Of a DNA stretch of 32,000 nucleotides, positions 8,566 to 18,614 are shown one piece after another. A model generated the notes under the pieces. That model was not told where the DNA came from. It saw nothing but the letters and a program-made list of their open reading frames with translations, and did no database searches. A program made the position numbers and the translations under genes. The stretch is from Candidatus Saccharimonadota bacterium (GTDB taxonomy: Bacteria; Pseudomonadota; Gammaproteobacteria; Enterobacterales; Enterobacteriaceae_A), in the NCBI GenBank assembly GCA_030849405.1, contig CP116499.1, positions 180,001 through 212,000 on the forward strand, in the 5' to 3' direction. Within the stretch, counting starts at the first letter, position 1. Each line of letters opens with the position of its first letter.

Positions 8566-10479
8566 TTATTCATTTAAAAAACTAATTAAAATATCAGAAC
8601 GACTAGGATGTCTTAATTTTTTTAAAGCTTTAGCTTCAATTTGTCTAATACGTTCACGAGTGACATCAAATTTTCTACCAACTTCTTCAAGTGTATAATC
8701 AGATTTCATATTAATACCAAATCTCATACGTAATACTTTTGATTCTCTAGCTGTAAGACTAGATAATATTTTGTTTGTTGTTTTTTTTAAATTATTAGAA
8801 GCAGCTTTTTTAAATGGTGAAATTATTTTATAATTTTTAATAAAATTATAAATATTTATATTATTATTTTCATTTATTGGTGCATCTAAAGATATAGGTT
8901 CTTTAGATATTTTTAAAATTTTTATAATTTTTTTTTCAGAAATAGATATACGTAAAGCTAATTCTTTTGGTGTAGGTTTAATTCCTGTTTTTTTAAATAT
9001 TTTTTTTTTGATTTTATTTATTTTACTTATAGTTTCAATCATATGTATTGGTATACGAATAGTTCTAGCTTGTTCAACTATTGCTCTTGATATCGTTTGT
9101 CTAATCCACCAAGTAGCATATGTTGAAAATTTATATCCTCTACGATATTCAAATTTATCAACTGCTCTTATTAAACCTACGTTACCTTCTTGAATTAAAT
9201 CTAAAAATTGTAATCCATTATTATTATATTTTTTAGCTATTGAAATAACCAAACGTAAATTTGATTTAATTATTTTTTGTTTTGCGTTTTTAATTTTTTT
9301 AATACCTTGTTTTATTTTAAAATTAATAAATTTTATTTTTTTAATTTTAATACCTATATTTTTTTCAATATTATACATTTTAGTAATGATATTTAATATA
9401 TATTTATTTTTTTTAAATAATACTTTAGACCAATATTTTTTTTTATTTATTTCATTTTGTATACAGTTATAGTCTGATTCAAAATTTCTAAATAAATAAT
9501 AAAATAAAAAAAATGGCATTTTACATTTATTAATAAATATTTTTATTATTTTTTTTTCTTCTTTTTTAATAATTTTACTTTTTAAATTAATTTTATATAT
9601 AACATTATTAACTATTTGTGGATTTAATTTAATTTTTTGAAAATTTTTAGTTAAATTATATTTTTCTTTAATATTATATATTGAATTTTCTTTATTATTT
9701 ATAATATAAAAACGTATTTTATCATAAATTATTTTAAAATTATTAAATATTTTATTTGATAAATTGAAATTAATTTCTTGATCTAAATCTATTTTTTTAT
9801 TTTTTTTATTTATATTATATATTTTATCTTTTTTTTTAGTTTTTTTTTTTTTAATTATATTTTGCTTTATATATTTTTTTTTTTTTGTTCTTTTTTTATT
9901 TTTTCTTCTTTTTTGTATTAAATTAATATAAATATTTTTTTTTTTATTTGTTTTTTTTTCTATAAAACCAATAACAAAATTAGATAAATTTATATTACCA
10001 TATTTAATATTATTAAATATTTCTAATATATAATAAATAAGTTTTGGATGTTTACTTAAATTAATTAATACTTGATCGATATTTTCCTCTATTTGTCTAA
10101 AAAGATCTATTTCTTCTTCTCTAGTTAATAAATTAACATCACCAATTTCTTTTATATATAAACGTATTGGATCATAAATTTGATCATTTTTTTCTATAGC
10201 ATTATAAAAAATATTATTAAATATAATTTTTTTAGAAATTTTATTTATTTCTTTTTTTTTATTTTTAATATTAATAATTATTTTATCTAATTTAGTTACT
10301 GAATTTATTATTTTAATATTTATATTATTTATAATATTTATAATATTTTTTAACTTTATAGATTTAATTAATTTTAAAATTAATAAATTATTTATTTCAT
10401 TGTATGTTAAATAACTTTTTATTTTACCTTTATTTATAAGTATTTGTATTTGTAATAATTGATTTTTATTTATTTGCAT
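8566..10479 (-). CDS. rpoD: RNA polymerase sigma factor RpoD (sigma70)
   Basis: 637 aa ORF. Regions 2-4 are almost unchanged ([54 protein letters not shown]..., [33 protein letters not shown]). It is last in the rpsU-dnaG-rpoD operon order. Confidence 0.96.
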   Translation of the reverse strand: MQINKNQLLQIQILINKGKIKSYLTYNEINNLLILKLIKSIKLKNIINIINNINIKIINSVTKLDKIIINIKNKKKEINKISKKIIFNNIFYNAIEKNDQIYDPIRLYIKEIGDVNLLTREEEIDLFRQIEENIDQVLINLSKHPKLIYYILEIFNNIKYGNINLSNFVIGFIEKKTNKKKNIYINLIQKRRKNKKRTKKKKYIKQNIIKKKKTKKKDKIYNINKKNKKIDLDQEINFNLSNKIFNNFKIIYDKIRFYIINNKENSIYNIKEKYNLTKNFQKIKLNPQIVNNVIYKINLKSKIIKKEEKKIIKIFINKCKMPFFLFYYLFRNFESDYNCIQNEINKKKYWSKVLFKKNKYILNIITKMYNIEKNIGIKIKKIKFINFKIKQGIKKIKNAKQKIIKSNLRLVISIAKKYNNNGLQFLDLIQEGNVGLIRAVDKFEYRRGYKFSTYATWWIRQTISRAIVEQARTIRIPIHMIETISKINKIKKKIFKKTGIKPTPKELALRISISEKKIIKILKISKEPISLDAPINENNNINIYNFIKNYKIISPFKKAASNNLKKTTNKILSSLTARESKVLRMRFGINMKSDYTLEEVGRKFDVTRERIRQIEAKALKKLRHPSRSDILISFLNE

Positions 10480-10571
10480 TTTAAAATAATTTAATAAATT
10501 AATAATTTAAAAAATTTAAAATTATTATAAATTATTTTATTTAAATTTAAATTAATATTAATATTTACTTT

Positions 10572-12305
10572 TTAATGTATATTACTTTTAAGTATAATAT
10601 TATTTAGTAAATTTATTTGTTTTTTTTCTTTTAATTTCAAATTTTTATTATTAATTATTATTTTATTTATTTTTTTTTTAATTATTAAATTTAAAAAATT
10701 AATAATATTAGCTAAAAATTTTTTTTCAATTAATTTATTATTATTTAACATAATATTTTGATTTAATAAAATTTTAATTATTTTATTTGATTTTTTATTA
10801 CGATAAATTTCTAATAATTGTCCAGTATTTATATTTGAATTTTTATTAATAACATTTAATAATTCTACAAATAAATTTAAACCTGGTATTTTTTTTTTAA
10901 TTATATCTAATTTTTTAATTGAAGGTATTAATTTAGATAATTTCGGATTTTGTAATAATAAAGTAATCATATTTCTCATATTTGTTTTTTTAATTTTTTT
11001 TTCTTCTTTTTTTTTTTTATTTATTTTTATCCAATATTTTAATTGTGTATCATCTAATAAACCTAATTTAATACTTAATATTTTTCTTAAATTAATTTTA
11101 AGAAAATAACCTTTAATTTTTGAAATTAAATTAATAATTTTTATACTTAATTTAATTTTGTCATATATATTATTTAAATCTAAATTTAACATTATTTTTT
11201 TAAATAAAAAATCCGAGAATGATGTTGCGTTATTTATTCTTAAATTAAATTTTTTAATACCTTCTTTTTGAATTAATGTATCTGGATCTTTATTATTAGG
11301 TAAAAAAATAAATTTAATTTGTTTATTATCATTTATGTAAGGAATACATTTTTTTAATGAATACCAAGATGCTTTATTTCCAGCTAAATCACCATCATAA
11401 CAAAATATAATAATTTTTGTTATATTAAATAATAATTTAATTTGGTAATTTTTTATAAATGTACCTAATAAAGCTACAACATAATTTATATTATTTTGTT
11501 TCAACATTATATAATCTATATATCCTTCAACAATTATAATAAATTCTATATTACGTTTATTAATTAATTTATATAAACCATACAAATTTTTACTTTTATT
11601 AAATATTTCTGTTTCTGGTGAATTTAAATATTTTGGAATATTATTATTTAAAATACGTCCTCCAAAACCAATTATTTTTTTATTTTTATTTTTAATTGGA
11701 AACATAATTCTATAACGAAATCGATCATAAATTTCATTTTTTTTAATAATAATCATACCCGTTTTTTTTAATAATTCAATATTTTCTTTACTATTAAAAT
11801 TATTTAATATATTATTCTTTTCAAATAAAGAAAAACCTAAAGAAAATTTTTTAATTGTATTTTCTGTTAATCCTCTTTTTTTTAAATAATTTATTGCTTT
11901 AATTCCTTTTTTACTCCATAAATTTTTAATATATAAAATATTTATTTTTTCCATTATATTATATAATTTTTCTTTTTTATCTTTAACTTTATTTTCAATA
12001 TATTCATTTTCATAAATTATATTTACACCATTAATTATTGATAATTCTTTAATACTTTCAATAAATGTAAGTTTTTCATATTTCATTAAAAAATCAATTG
12101 CATTACCATAATTATTACAACCAAAACAATAATAATATTGTTTATCATTATTTATAGTAAAAGAAGGAGTTTTTTCATTATGAAATGGACATAATGAAAC
12201 ATAATAATTTCCTTTTTTAATTACATTTATACTTTTATTAATTAAATTAATTAAATCAGTAATATAAATTAAGTTTTTAATAAAATTTTTAGAAATTTTT
12301 TTCAT
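10572..12305 (-). CDS. dnaG: DNA primase
   Basis: 577 aa ORF with the zinc-ribbon CPFHNEKTPSFTINNDKQYYYCFGC, a TOPRIM region (IIVEGYIDYI..., CYDGDLAG), and a position between rpsU and rpoD. Confidence 0.94.
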   Translation of the reverse strand: MKKISKNFIKNLIYITDLINLINKSINVIKKGNYYVSLCPFHNEKTPSFTINNDKQYYYCFGCNNYGNAIDFLMKYEKLTFIESIKELSIINGVNIIYENEYIENKVKDKKEKLYNIMEKINILYIKNLWSKKGIKAINYLKKRGLTENTIKKFSLGFSLFEKNNILNNFNSKENIELLKKTGMIIIKKNEIYDRFRYRIMFPIKNKNKKIIGFGGRILNNNIPKYLNSPETEIFNKSKNLYGLYKLINKRNIEFIIIVEGYIDYIMLKQNNINYVVALLGTFIKNYQIKLLFNITKIIIFCYDGDLAGNKASWYSLKKCIPYINDNKQIKFIFLPNNKDPDTLIQKEGIKKFNLRINNATSFSDFLFKKIMLNLDLNNIYDKIKLSIKIINLISKIKGYFLKINLRKILSIKLGLLDDTQLKYWIKINKKKKEEKKIKKTNMRNMITLLLQNPKLSKLIPSIKKLDIIKKKIPGLNLFVELLNVINKNSNINTGQLLEIYRNKKSNKIIKILLNQNIMLNNNKLIEKKFLANIINFLNLIIKKKINKIIINNKNLKLKEKKQINLLNNIILKSNIH

Positions 12306-12324
12306 ATTTTTATTTGTTATTAAA

Positions 12325-12540
12325 TTAATAAAATTTTTTTTTAATAATATTTGTTAACATTTTTTTTTTAATATGTCTTTTAATTGCTGCAATCTTTTCT
12401 TTTTTTTTTTTAACGGTAGGTTTTTCATAAAATTCTCTTTTTTTTAATTCTGATAAAATTCCGGCTTTTTCACATGTTCTTTTAAAACGTCTTAAAGAAA
12501 CTTCAAATGGTTCATTTTCTCTAATTTTAATTTTTGGCAA
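12325..12540 (-). CDS. rpsU: 30S ribosomal protein S21 (TTG start)
   Basis: [42 protein letters not shown] matches E. coli S21 [42 protein letters not shown]. The start codon at 12540..12538 is TTG. Confidence 0.95.
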   Translation of the reverse strand: MPKIKIRENEPFEVSLRRFKRTCEKAGILSELKKREFYEKPTVKKKKEKIAAIKRHIKKKMLTNIIKKKFY

Positions 12541-12562
12541 TTTTATATCCTTATATATTTTA

Positions 12563-12635
12563 CTCCTCCGACTGGACTTGAACCAGTGACATGCGGATTA
12601 ACAGTCCGCTGTTCTACCAACTGAACTACAGAGGA
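12563..12635 (-). tRNA. tRNA-Asn (anticodon GTT)
   Basis: The reverse strand reads TCCTCTG TA GTTC AGTTGGTA GAAC A GCGGA CTGTTAA TCCGC ATGTC ACTGG TTCAAGT CCAGT CGGAGGA G, a perfect cloverleaf. No encoded CCA. Confidence 0.93.
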
Positions 12636-12653
12636 ATTTTAATAAATATAATA

Positions 12654-12681
12654 ATTATAATAATTATTTTTAAAATGTCAA
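12654..12681 (-). promoter_or_regulatory. Consensus sigma70 promoter (TTGACA-N16-TATAAT) upstream of tRNA-Asn and rpsU-dnaG-rpoD
   Basis: On the minus strand, TTGACA lies at 12681..12676, followed by a 16-nt spacer and TATAAT at 12659..12654. The tRNA-Asn 5' end is at 12635, about 19 nt downstream of the -10 element. Confidence 0.65.
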
Positions 12682-12816
12682 TATTTTTTTTTAAAAAAAA
12701 ATAATATTTTTAAAATTCATTATTATTTAAAAATATATTATATTTATATAAATAGGTAATTTTATATATTTTACATTATTAGTTAATCAAAAAAATATGA
12801 AAATATTAAGGAATTT

Positions 12817-13806
12817 ATGATATATGAAATTTTAGAAAAAATATATAACTTTAATTTTATAAATAAATTAGAAAGTTTTAATTTATTTAATAAAATTTAT
12901 AATAATAAATTAAATAAAAAACAAATTATTGCATTTATTATTAGTATTAAAATAAGAGGTTATTATATTGAAGAAATAATAGGAGCTATAAATTTATTGA
13001 ATATTAAATCAAAAAAAAAAAAAAAAATAAATTTTAAATTTTGTGATATTGTAGGTATGGGTGGTGATAATATAAATAGTATTAATATATCAACAGCAAG
13101 TTCTTTAGTTGCTTCAATTTATGGTGTTAAAATTTTAAAACATGGTAATTATAGTATTTCTAGTATTTCTGGATCATTCAATATAATATCTAAATTTAAT
13201 ATAAATTTAAATTTTAATTTTTTACAAATAATTAATTTTTTAAAAAAATTTAATATATATTTTATAAATGCTACAAAATATAATAATATTTTTAATAATA
13301 TTATATCAATAAGAAAAAAAATTAAAAGTAATACTATATTTAATATTATTGGACCTTTAATTAATCCTTTTAAACCTCCAATAATTTTAATTGGAGCAAA
13401 TAATATTAAATTAATAATAATTATTATTAAAATATTGAAAATTTTTAAATATAAAAGTGCTGCTGTAATTTATGGCGGTGGTATGGATGAAGTATCAATT
13501 CATTCTAATACATATATAGCTGAATTTAACAAAAAAAAAATTAAAACTTATCAATTAACACCAAAAATAATTGGATTTAAAAAATATTCATTAAATAAAA
13601 TTTTAAATTATAGTAATAAAAAAAATATTTTTTTAAATATTTTAAATGGTAAAGGAACTAATGCACAAAATAAAATTATATCTATGAATGTTAGTTTATT
13701 ATTAAAATTATTAGGAAAAAATGATTTAATTAAAAATAATAAAACAATATTAAAAATTATTAAAAGTGGTTATATTTTAAATAAAATTGAGAAAATTTTT
13801 AAATAA
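12817..13806 (+). CDS. trpD: Anthranilate phosphoribosyltransferase (stand-alone, not fused to TrpG)
   Basis: 329 aa ORF with CDIVGMGGDNINSINISTASSLVASIYGVKILKHGN, TIFNIIGPLINP and GGGMDEVSIH, colinear with enterobacterial TrpD. TAAGGAA lies upstream of the ATG. Confidence 0.9.
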   Translation: MIYEILEKIYNFNFINKLESFNLFNKIYNNKLNKKQIIAFIISIKIRGYYIEEIIGAINLLNIKSKKKKKINFKFCDIVGMGGDNINSINISTASSLVASIYGVKILKHGNYSISSISGSFNIISKFNINLNFNFLQIINFLKKFNIYFINATKYNNIFNNIISIRKKIKSNTIFNIIGPLINPFKPPIILIGANNIKLIIIIIKILKIFKYKSAAVIYGGGMDEVSIHSNTYIAEFNKKKIKTYQLTPKIIGFKKYSLNKILNYSNKKNIFLNILNGKGTNAQNKIISMNVSLLLKLLGKNDLIKNNKTILKIIKSGYILNKIEKIFK

Positions 13807-13817
13807 AGAGAAATATT

Positions 13818-15176
13818 TTGGTTATACTTAATAAAATTATTTTAAATAAATTAAAATGGATTAAAAAATTTAAAAGAAAAAAACCTATTAATTCTTTTAT
13901 ATTTAATGTAAAAAAAAATGATAGAAATTTTTATAAATCTTTAAAATGTAATAAAACTGTTTTTATTTTAGAATGTAAAAAAGCATCACCTTCAAAAGGT
14001 ATAATTAATAAAAAATTTAATATTAATAAAATTATTTGTATATATAAAAAATATGCAAATGCAATTTCTGTATTAACTGATAATAAATATTTTAAAGGAA
14101 ATTTTAAATTTTTAAAAATAGCAAGTAAAAATACTAATTTACCTATTTTATGTAAAGATTTTATTATAGATGAATATCAAATTTATTTAGCTAGATTTTA
14201 TAAAGCTAATGCAATTTTATTAATGTTATCAATATTAAGTGATGAAAAATATATAAAATTAAAATTGATTGCTGAAAATTTAAATATGAGTATATTAACT
14301 GAAGTTTTAACTAAAAAAGATTTAAAAAGAGCTATTAAATTAAAGTCAAATATTATAGGTATTAATAATAGAAATTTAAATGATTTAAGTATAAATTTAA
14401 AACGTACATTTAATTTGTCTATTAAAATACCTAAAAATATTATTATTATAAGTGAATCTGGAATTAATAATAATATTCAAATTAGAAAAATTAATAAATA
14501 TGTTCATGGGTTTTTAATTGGTAGTTCATTAATGTCTAAGAAAAATTTAAATAATTCAATATATAAAATATTATTAGGAGAAAATAAAGTATGTGGTTTA
14601 ACTAATAAAAAAGATATTAAATTAATTTATAAAAATGGAATAATTTATGGTGGTTTAATTTTTGTTAATACATCATTTAGAAAAATAAATATTAAAAAAG
14701 CATATAATATTATTCAAAATATAAATTTAAAATATATTGGGATTTTTAAAAATGAAAGTATTAATAATGTAATTAAAATATGTAAATATTTAAAATTATA
14801 TGCTATTCAATTACATGGTAATGAAAATCAAAATTATATAAATATATTAAAGAAATTTTTGTTTTTAAAAACTCAAATATGGAAAGCTAAAAATGTAAAT
14901 AAAAATAAATTTATTAAAAAATTAAAATTTATTCAAAAATATATTTATGATAATAAAAATGGTGGAACTGGTAAAAAATTTAATTGGAATTTAATTAAAA
15001 AAGAAGATAATTTAAATAATACTATTTTAGCAGGAGGTATAAATATTAAAAATTGTAATAAAGCTATAAATTTAGGTTGTATTGGATTAGATTTTAATTC
15101 AGGAATTGAAATTAAACCTAGGAAAAAAAATAAAACAATTTTAAATTCTCTTTTTAATATTTTAAGAAATTATTAA
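13818..15176 (+). CDS. trpC: Bifunctional indole-3-glycerol-phosphate synthase / phosphoribosylanthranilate isomerase (TTG start)
   Basis: 452 aa ORF with FILECKKASPSKGIINKKF, ISVLTDNKYFKGNF, LCKDFIIDEYQIYLAR, GINNRNLNDLSI (IGPS half), then LLGENKVCGLT...IYGGLIF...AIQLHGNE...GLDFNSGIE (PRAI half), colinear with E. coli TrpC(F). Confidence 0.94.
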   Translation: MVILNKIILNKLKWIKKFKRKKPINSFIFNVKKNDRNFYKSLKCNKTVFILECKKASPSKGIINKKFNINKIICIYKKYANAISVLTDNKYFKGNFKFLKIASKNTNLPILCKDFIIDEYQIYLARFYKANAILLMLSILSDEKYIKLKLIAENLNMSILTEVLTKKDLKRAIKLKSNIIGINNRNLNDLSINLKRTFNLSIKIPKNIIIISESGINNNIQIRKINKYVHGFLIGSSLMSKKNLNNSIYKILLGENKVCGLTNKKDIKLIYKNGIIYGGLIFVNTSFRKINIKKAYNIIQNINLKYIGIFKNESINNVIKICKYLKLYAIQLHGNENQNYINILKKFLFLKTQIWKAKNVNKNKFIKKLKFIQKYIYDNKNGGTGKKFNWNLIKKEDNLNNTILAGGINIKNCNKAINLGCIGLDFNSGIEIKPRKKNKTILNSLFNILRNY

Positions 15177-15227
15177 TTTAAATAGATATATTAATTGATA
15201 TAATAAATTAAATATTTTAAAATAATT

Positions 15228-16418
15228 ATGAAAAATATATTAAATCCTTATTTTGGTTGTTTTGGAGGTCAATTTGTTCCACAAATTCTTATACCTCCTT
15301 TAAAAGAATTAGAACAATTTTTTTATAATTCATTAAATGATAAAATTTTTAAATTTGATTTTTTAAATTTACTTAAAAATTATGCTGGAAGACCAACACC
15401 TTTAACTTTATGTAAAAATATAACAAAAAAAACAAAAACTAAATTATATTTAAAGCGTGAAGATTTATTACATGGAGGTGCGCATAAAACAAACCAAGTT
15501 TTAGGACAAGCATTATTAGCAAAAAAAATGGGGAAAACTAAAATTATAGCTGAAACTGGTGCTGGACAACATGGAGTAGCATCTGCTTTTGCAAGTTCTT
15601 TATTAGGTTTAAAATGTAGAATTTATATGGGTGAAAAAGATATAAAACGTCAATTACCTAATGTTTTCAGAATGCGTTTAATGGGAGCTAAAGTTATACC
15701 TGTTAAAACAGGTTCTGCTACACTTAAAGATGCATGTAATGAAGCATTAAGATATTGGTCAAATAATTATAAAAATTCACATTATATGTTAGGTACTGTT
15801 GCAGGACCACACCCATATCCTACTATTGTTCGTGAATTTCAAAAAATAATAGGTAAAGAAACAAAAAAACAAATTATTAAAAAAGAAAAAAAATTACCTA
15901 ATATAATTTTAGCATGTGTAGGCGGAGGTTCTAATGCTATAGGAATATTTACTGATTTTATTAATGAAAAAAAAGTTAAATTAATTGGTGTAGAACCTGC
16001 TGGTTTAAGTTTAGTTTCTAATAAACATGGTGCTCCTATAAATTGTGGTAATATTGGTATATATTTTGGTATGAAATCTTTAATTATGCAAACAAATGAT
16101 GGTCAAATAAAAGAATCTTATTCTATTTCAGCAGGATTAGATTTTCCATCTGTAGGACCAGAACATTCTTTTTTAAATAATATAGGTAGAGTTAAATATA
16201 CCACAATAACAGATAATGAAGCACTAGAGGCTTTTATTATTTTATCTCATTATGAAGGAATTATTCCAGCATTAGAATCTTCACATGCTTTAGCATATGC
16301 AATTAAAATAATATATAAATATCCCAAAAAAAAACAAATTATAATAGTTAATTTATCTGGACGTGGAGATAAAGATATATTTACTGTTTATAATGTTTTA
16401 GAAAAAAAAGGAATTTAA
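15228..16418 (+). CDS. trpB: Tryptophan synthase beta chain
   Basis: 396 aa ORF with [55 protein letters not shown] (PLP lysine motif) and GGGSNAIG. Very well conserved. Confidence 0.97.
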   Translation: MKNILNPYFGCFGGQFVPQILIPPLKELEQFFYNSLNDKIFKFDFLNLLKNYAGRPTPLTLCKNITKKTKTKLYLKREDLLHGGAHKTNQVLGQALLAKKMGKTKIIAETGAGQHGVASAFASSLLGLKCRIYMGEKDIKRQLPNVFRMRLMGAKVIPVKTGSATLKDACNEALRYWSNNYKNSHYMLGTVAGPHPYPTIVREFQKIIGKETKKQIIKKEKKLPNIILACVGGGSNAIGIFTDFINEKKVKLIGVEPAGLSLVSNKHGAPINCGNIGIYFGMKSLIMQTNDGQIKESYSISAGLDFPSVGPEHSFLNNIGRVKYTTITDNEALEAFIILSHYEGIIPALESSHALAYAIKIIYKYPKKKQIIIVNLSGRGDKDIFTVYNVLEKKGI

Positions 16419-17228
16419 ATGAATCGTTATAAAATATTATTTTCAAAATTAAAAAAAAAAAAAAAAATTGCTTTTATTCCATTTTTAATATTGGGTGATC
16501 CTAATATTTACATATCAATTAAACTTATTGATTTTTTTATTTCAAAAGGTATTAATGCATTAGAATTAGGAATACCATTTTCTGATCCATTAGCAGATGG
16601 AGAAATAATTCAAAAATCAATTTTACGTGCTTTTAATTCAAATATTACATTAAAAAAATGTTTTAAAATTATTTCTATTATAAGAAAAAAATATAATAAT
16701 ATACCTATAGGTATTTTAACTTACTCAAATTTAGTATTTTATAAAGGTATTAATAACTTTTATAAAAATTGTAAATTGTCTGGTATTGATTCAGTTCTTA
16801 TTGCAGATTTACCTTTAGAAGAATCTAAATTATTTATTAAATCATCTAATATTTATAATATAAAACAAGTATTTATTTGTCCACTAAACTCTAATAATAA
16901 TTTAATAAAACAAATTTCTTTAAAAAGTAAAGGTTATGTTTACTTATCTTCACGTTCTGGAGTTACTGGAACTGATTTTAAAAATAAAAAACCTGATATA
17001 AATATAATTAATAAATTAATAAAATATAATTCTTCTCCAATTATTCAAGGTTTTGGTATATTTAAACCTTCTCAAATAATTAATGCAATTAAAATGAAAA
17101 TTTCAGGAATTATATCAGGTTCAGCTGTTATAAAAATTATAGAACAAAATCAAAAAAATTTATTTTTAATGTTTGAAAAATTAAATAAATTTATTAAAAT
17201 TATGAAAAAAGCAACTTATTATAATTAA
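16419..17228 (+). CDS. trpA: Tryptophan synthase alpha chain
   Basis: 269 aa ORF with AFIPFLILGDP, LELGIPFSDPLADGEIIQ and GFGI. Its ATG directly abuts the trpB TAA. Confidence 0.93.
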   Translation: MNRYKILFSKLKKKKKIAFIPFLILGDPNIYISIKLIDFFISKGINALELGIPFSDPLADGEIIQKSILRAFNSNITLKKCFKIISIIRKKYNNIPIGILTYSNLVFYKGINNFYKNCKLSGIDSVLIADLPLEESKLFIKSSNIYNIKQVFICPLNSNNNLIKQISLKSKGYVYLSSRSGVTGTDFKNKKPDINIINKLIKYNSSPIIQGFGIFKPSQIINAIKMKISGIISGSAVIKIIEQNQKNLFLMFEKLNKFIKIMKKATYYN

Positions 17229-17236
17229 TATAAATA

Positions 17237-18232
17237 TTATATTTTAATTTTTAAACCTATTTTTTTAATAATTTTAAATAAATTTTTTTTTGCTATTTTT
17301 TTTGCTTTAATTGTTCCATAATAAATAATATCTTTTAAAAATTTTTTTTTTTCTCTAATATTATAATAATTTTCTTGTATTTTTCCTAAAAAATTAGCTA
17401 TAATATTAGATGCTTCATTTTTAAAATCACTATAAATTTTATTGTTAAAATTATTTTTAAATTCATTTATTTTTATTCCTGTTAAACCTGATAAAATATT
17501 TAATATATTTAATAAACCTAAATTATTATCATGTTTAATTTTATAACATTTTTTTGAATCAGTTTTAATTAATCTTATTTTTTTAAAAATGTCTTTTTTT
17601 TTTTCTAATAAAAAAATAATATTATTTAAATTCTTATCAGATTTTGACATTTTTTTATTTGTTTCTTGTAAAGACATAATTCGATTTCCGTTTTTAAATA
17701 TACATGGTTTAGGTATATTAAATATATTACCATAAATATTATTAAATTTATTTGCAATATTTCTACATAATTCAATATGTTGTTTTTGATCTAATCCTAT
17801 TGGAACATAAGAAGTATTATATAATAAAATATCAGATGCCATTAATATAGGATAAAATAATATTCCAGTATTAATATTTTTTGAAATTTTTTTTTTTTTT
17901 TTAAATTGTATCATACGATTTAATTCTTTATAATTAGTATAACAATTTAATATCCAACTTAATTGTGTATGTTCATATATATTTGATTGTATAAATATAA
18001 TACTTTTATTAGGATTAATACCACAAGCTAAATATAATGATAATGTATCTAAAATATTATTATTTATATTAAAATTATTTTTATATGTAGTTATTGAATG
18101 TAAATCAACAATACTAAAAAAACAATTATATTTTTTTTGCATTTTAACCCATTGTTTTATTACTCCAATATAATTTCCTATTGTTAATTTACCAGATGGT
18201 TGAATACCACTAAAAACAATTTTTTTTTCCAT
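17237..18232 (-). CDS. trpS: Tryptophan--tRNA ligase
   Basis: 331 aa ORF with a class I HIGH-like region (SGIQPSGKLTIGNYIG) and KMSKS, with TrpRS size and colinearity. Confidence 0.93.
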   Translation of the reverse strand: MEKKIVFSGIQPSGKLTIGNYIGVIKQWVKMQKKYNCFFSIVDLHSITTYKNNFNINNNILDTLSLYLACGINPNKSIIFIQSNIYEHTQLSWILNCYTNYKELNRMIQFKKKKKISKNINTGILFYPILMASDILLYNTSYVPIGLDQKQHIELCRNIANKFNNIYGNIFNIPKPCIFKNGNRIMSLQETNKKMSKSDKNLNNIIFLLEKKKDIFKKIRLIKTDSKKCYKIKHDNNLGLLNILNILSGLTGIKINEFKNNFNNKIYSDFKNEASNIIANFLGKIQENYYNIREKKKFLKDIIYYGTIKAKKIAKKNLFKIIKKIGLKIKI

Positions 18233-18329
18233 ATTATTAATTTTTTAAAATATTTATAAAATTATTTATTTTAATTTAAATTTTTAAATTAAATTATTAT
18301 TTTAAAAAAATTTTAATTATTATACAAAT

Positions 18330-18614
18330 TTATAACATTAAAAAATCAATATGCATAATTTTTAATTTAAATTGATGCCATTGAATATTTTGAACTTTAA
18401 CTTTTAATTTTTTTTTATTAATATTTAAAATAATATATTTAATATAAAATTTTTTTTTAATTTCTATTTTTTTAATATAATCATGATTTAATTCTATATT
18501 TAAATTTTTTTTTTTTTTACCATAAATTACAGCTGGTATTTTTTTATTTAATCTTAAACGACGGTTTGATCCCTTTCCTGTTAATTTTCTAAATATAGCA
18601 TTTATTTCAAACAT
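18330..18614 (-). CDS. rplY: 50S ribosomal protein L25
   Basis: 94 aa ORF, MFEINAIFRKLTGKGSNRRLRLNKKIPAVIYGKKKKNLNIELNHD...MHIDF, colinear with E. coli L25 [45 protein letters not shown]...QHIDF. Confidence 0.9.
   Translation of the reverse strand: MFEINAIFRKLTGKGSNRRLRLNKKIPAVIYGKKKKNLNIELNHDYIKKIEIKKKFYIKYIILNINKKKLKVKVQNIQWHQFKLKIMHIDFLML

Noticed and set aside
12797-12820. Mini-ORF ATG AAA ATA TTA AGG AAT TTA TGA (MKILRNL) immediately upstream of trpD and overlapping its start; considered as a possible trp leader peptide.
   Set aside because: It contains no Trp codons, no alternative terminator/antiterminator hairpins follow it, and its sequence simply contains the trpD Shine-Dalgarno (TAAGGAA). 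It is most likely fortuitous.
15195-15223. TTGATA-N17-TAAAAT in the trpC-trpB spacer; considered as a possible internal promoter.
   Set aside because: The predicted transcription start would fall at or after the trpB ATG (15228), leaving no room for the ribosome-binding region. Such A/T-rich near-matches are abundant by chance in this composition.
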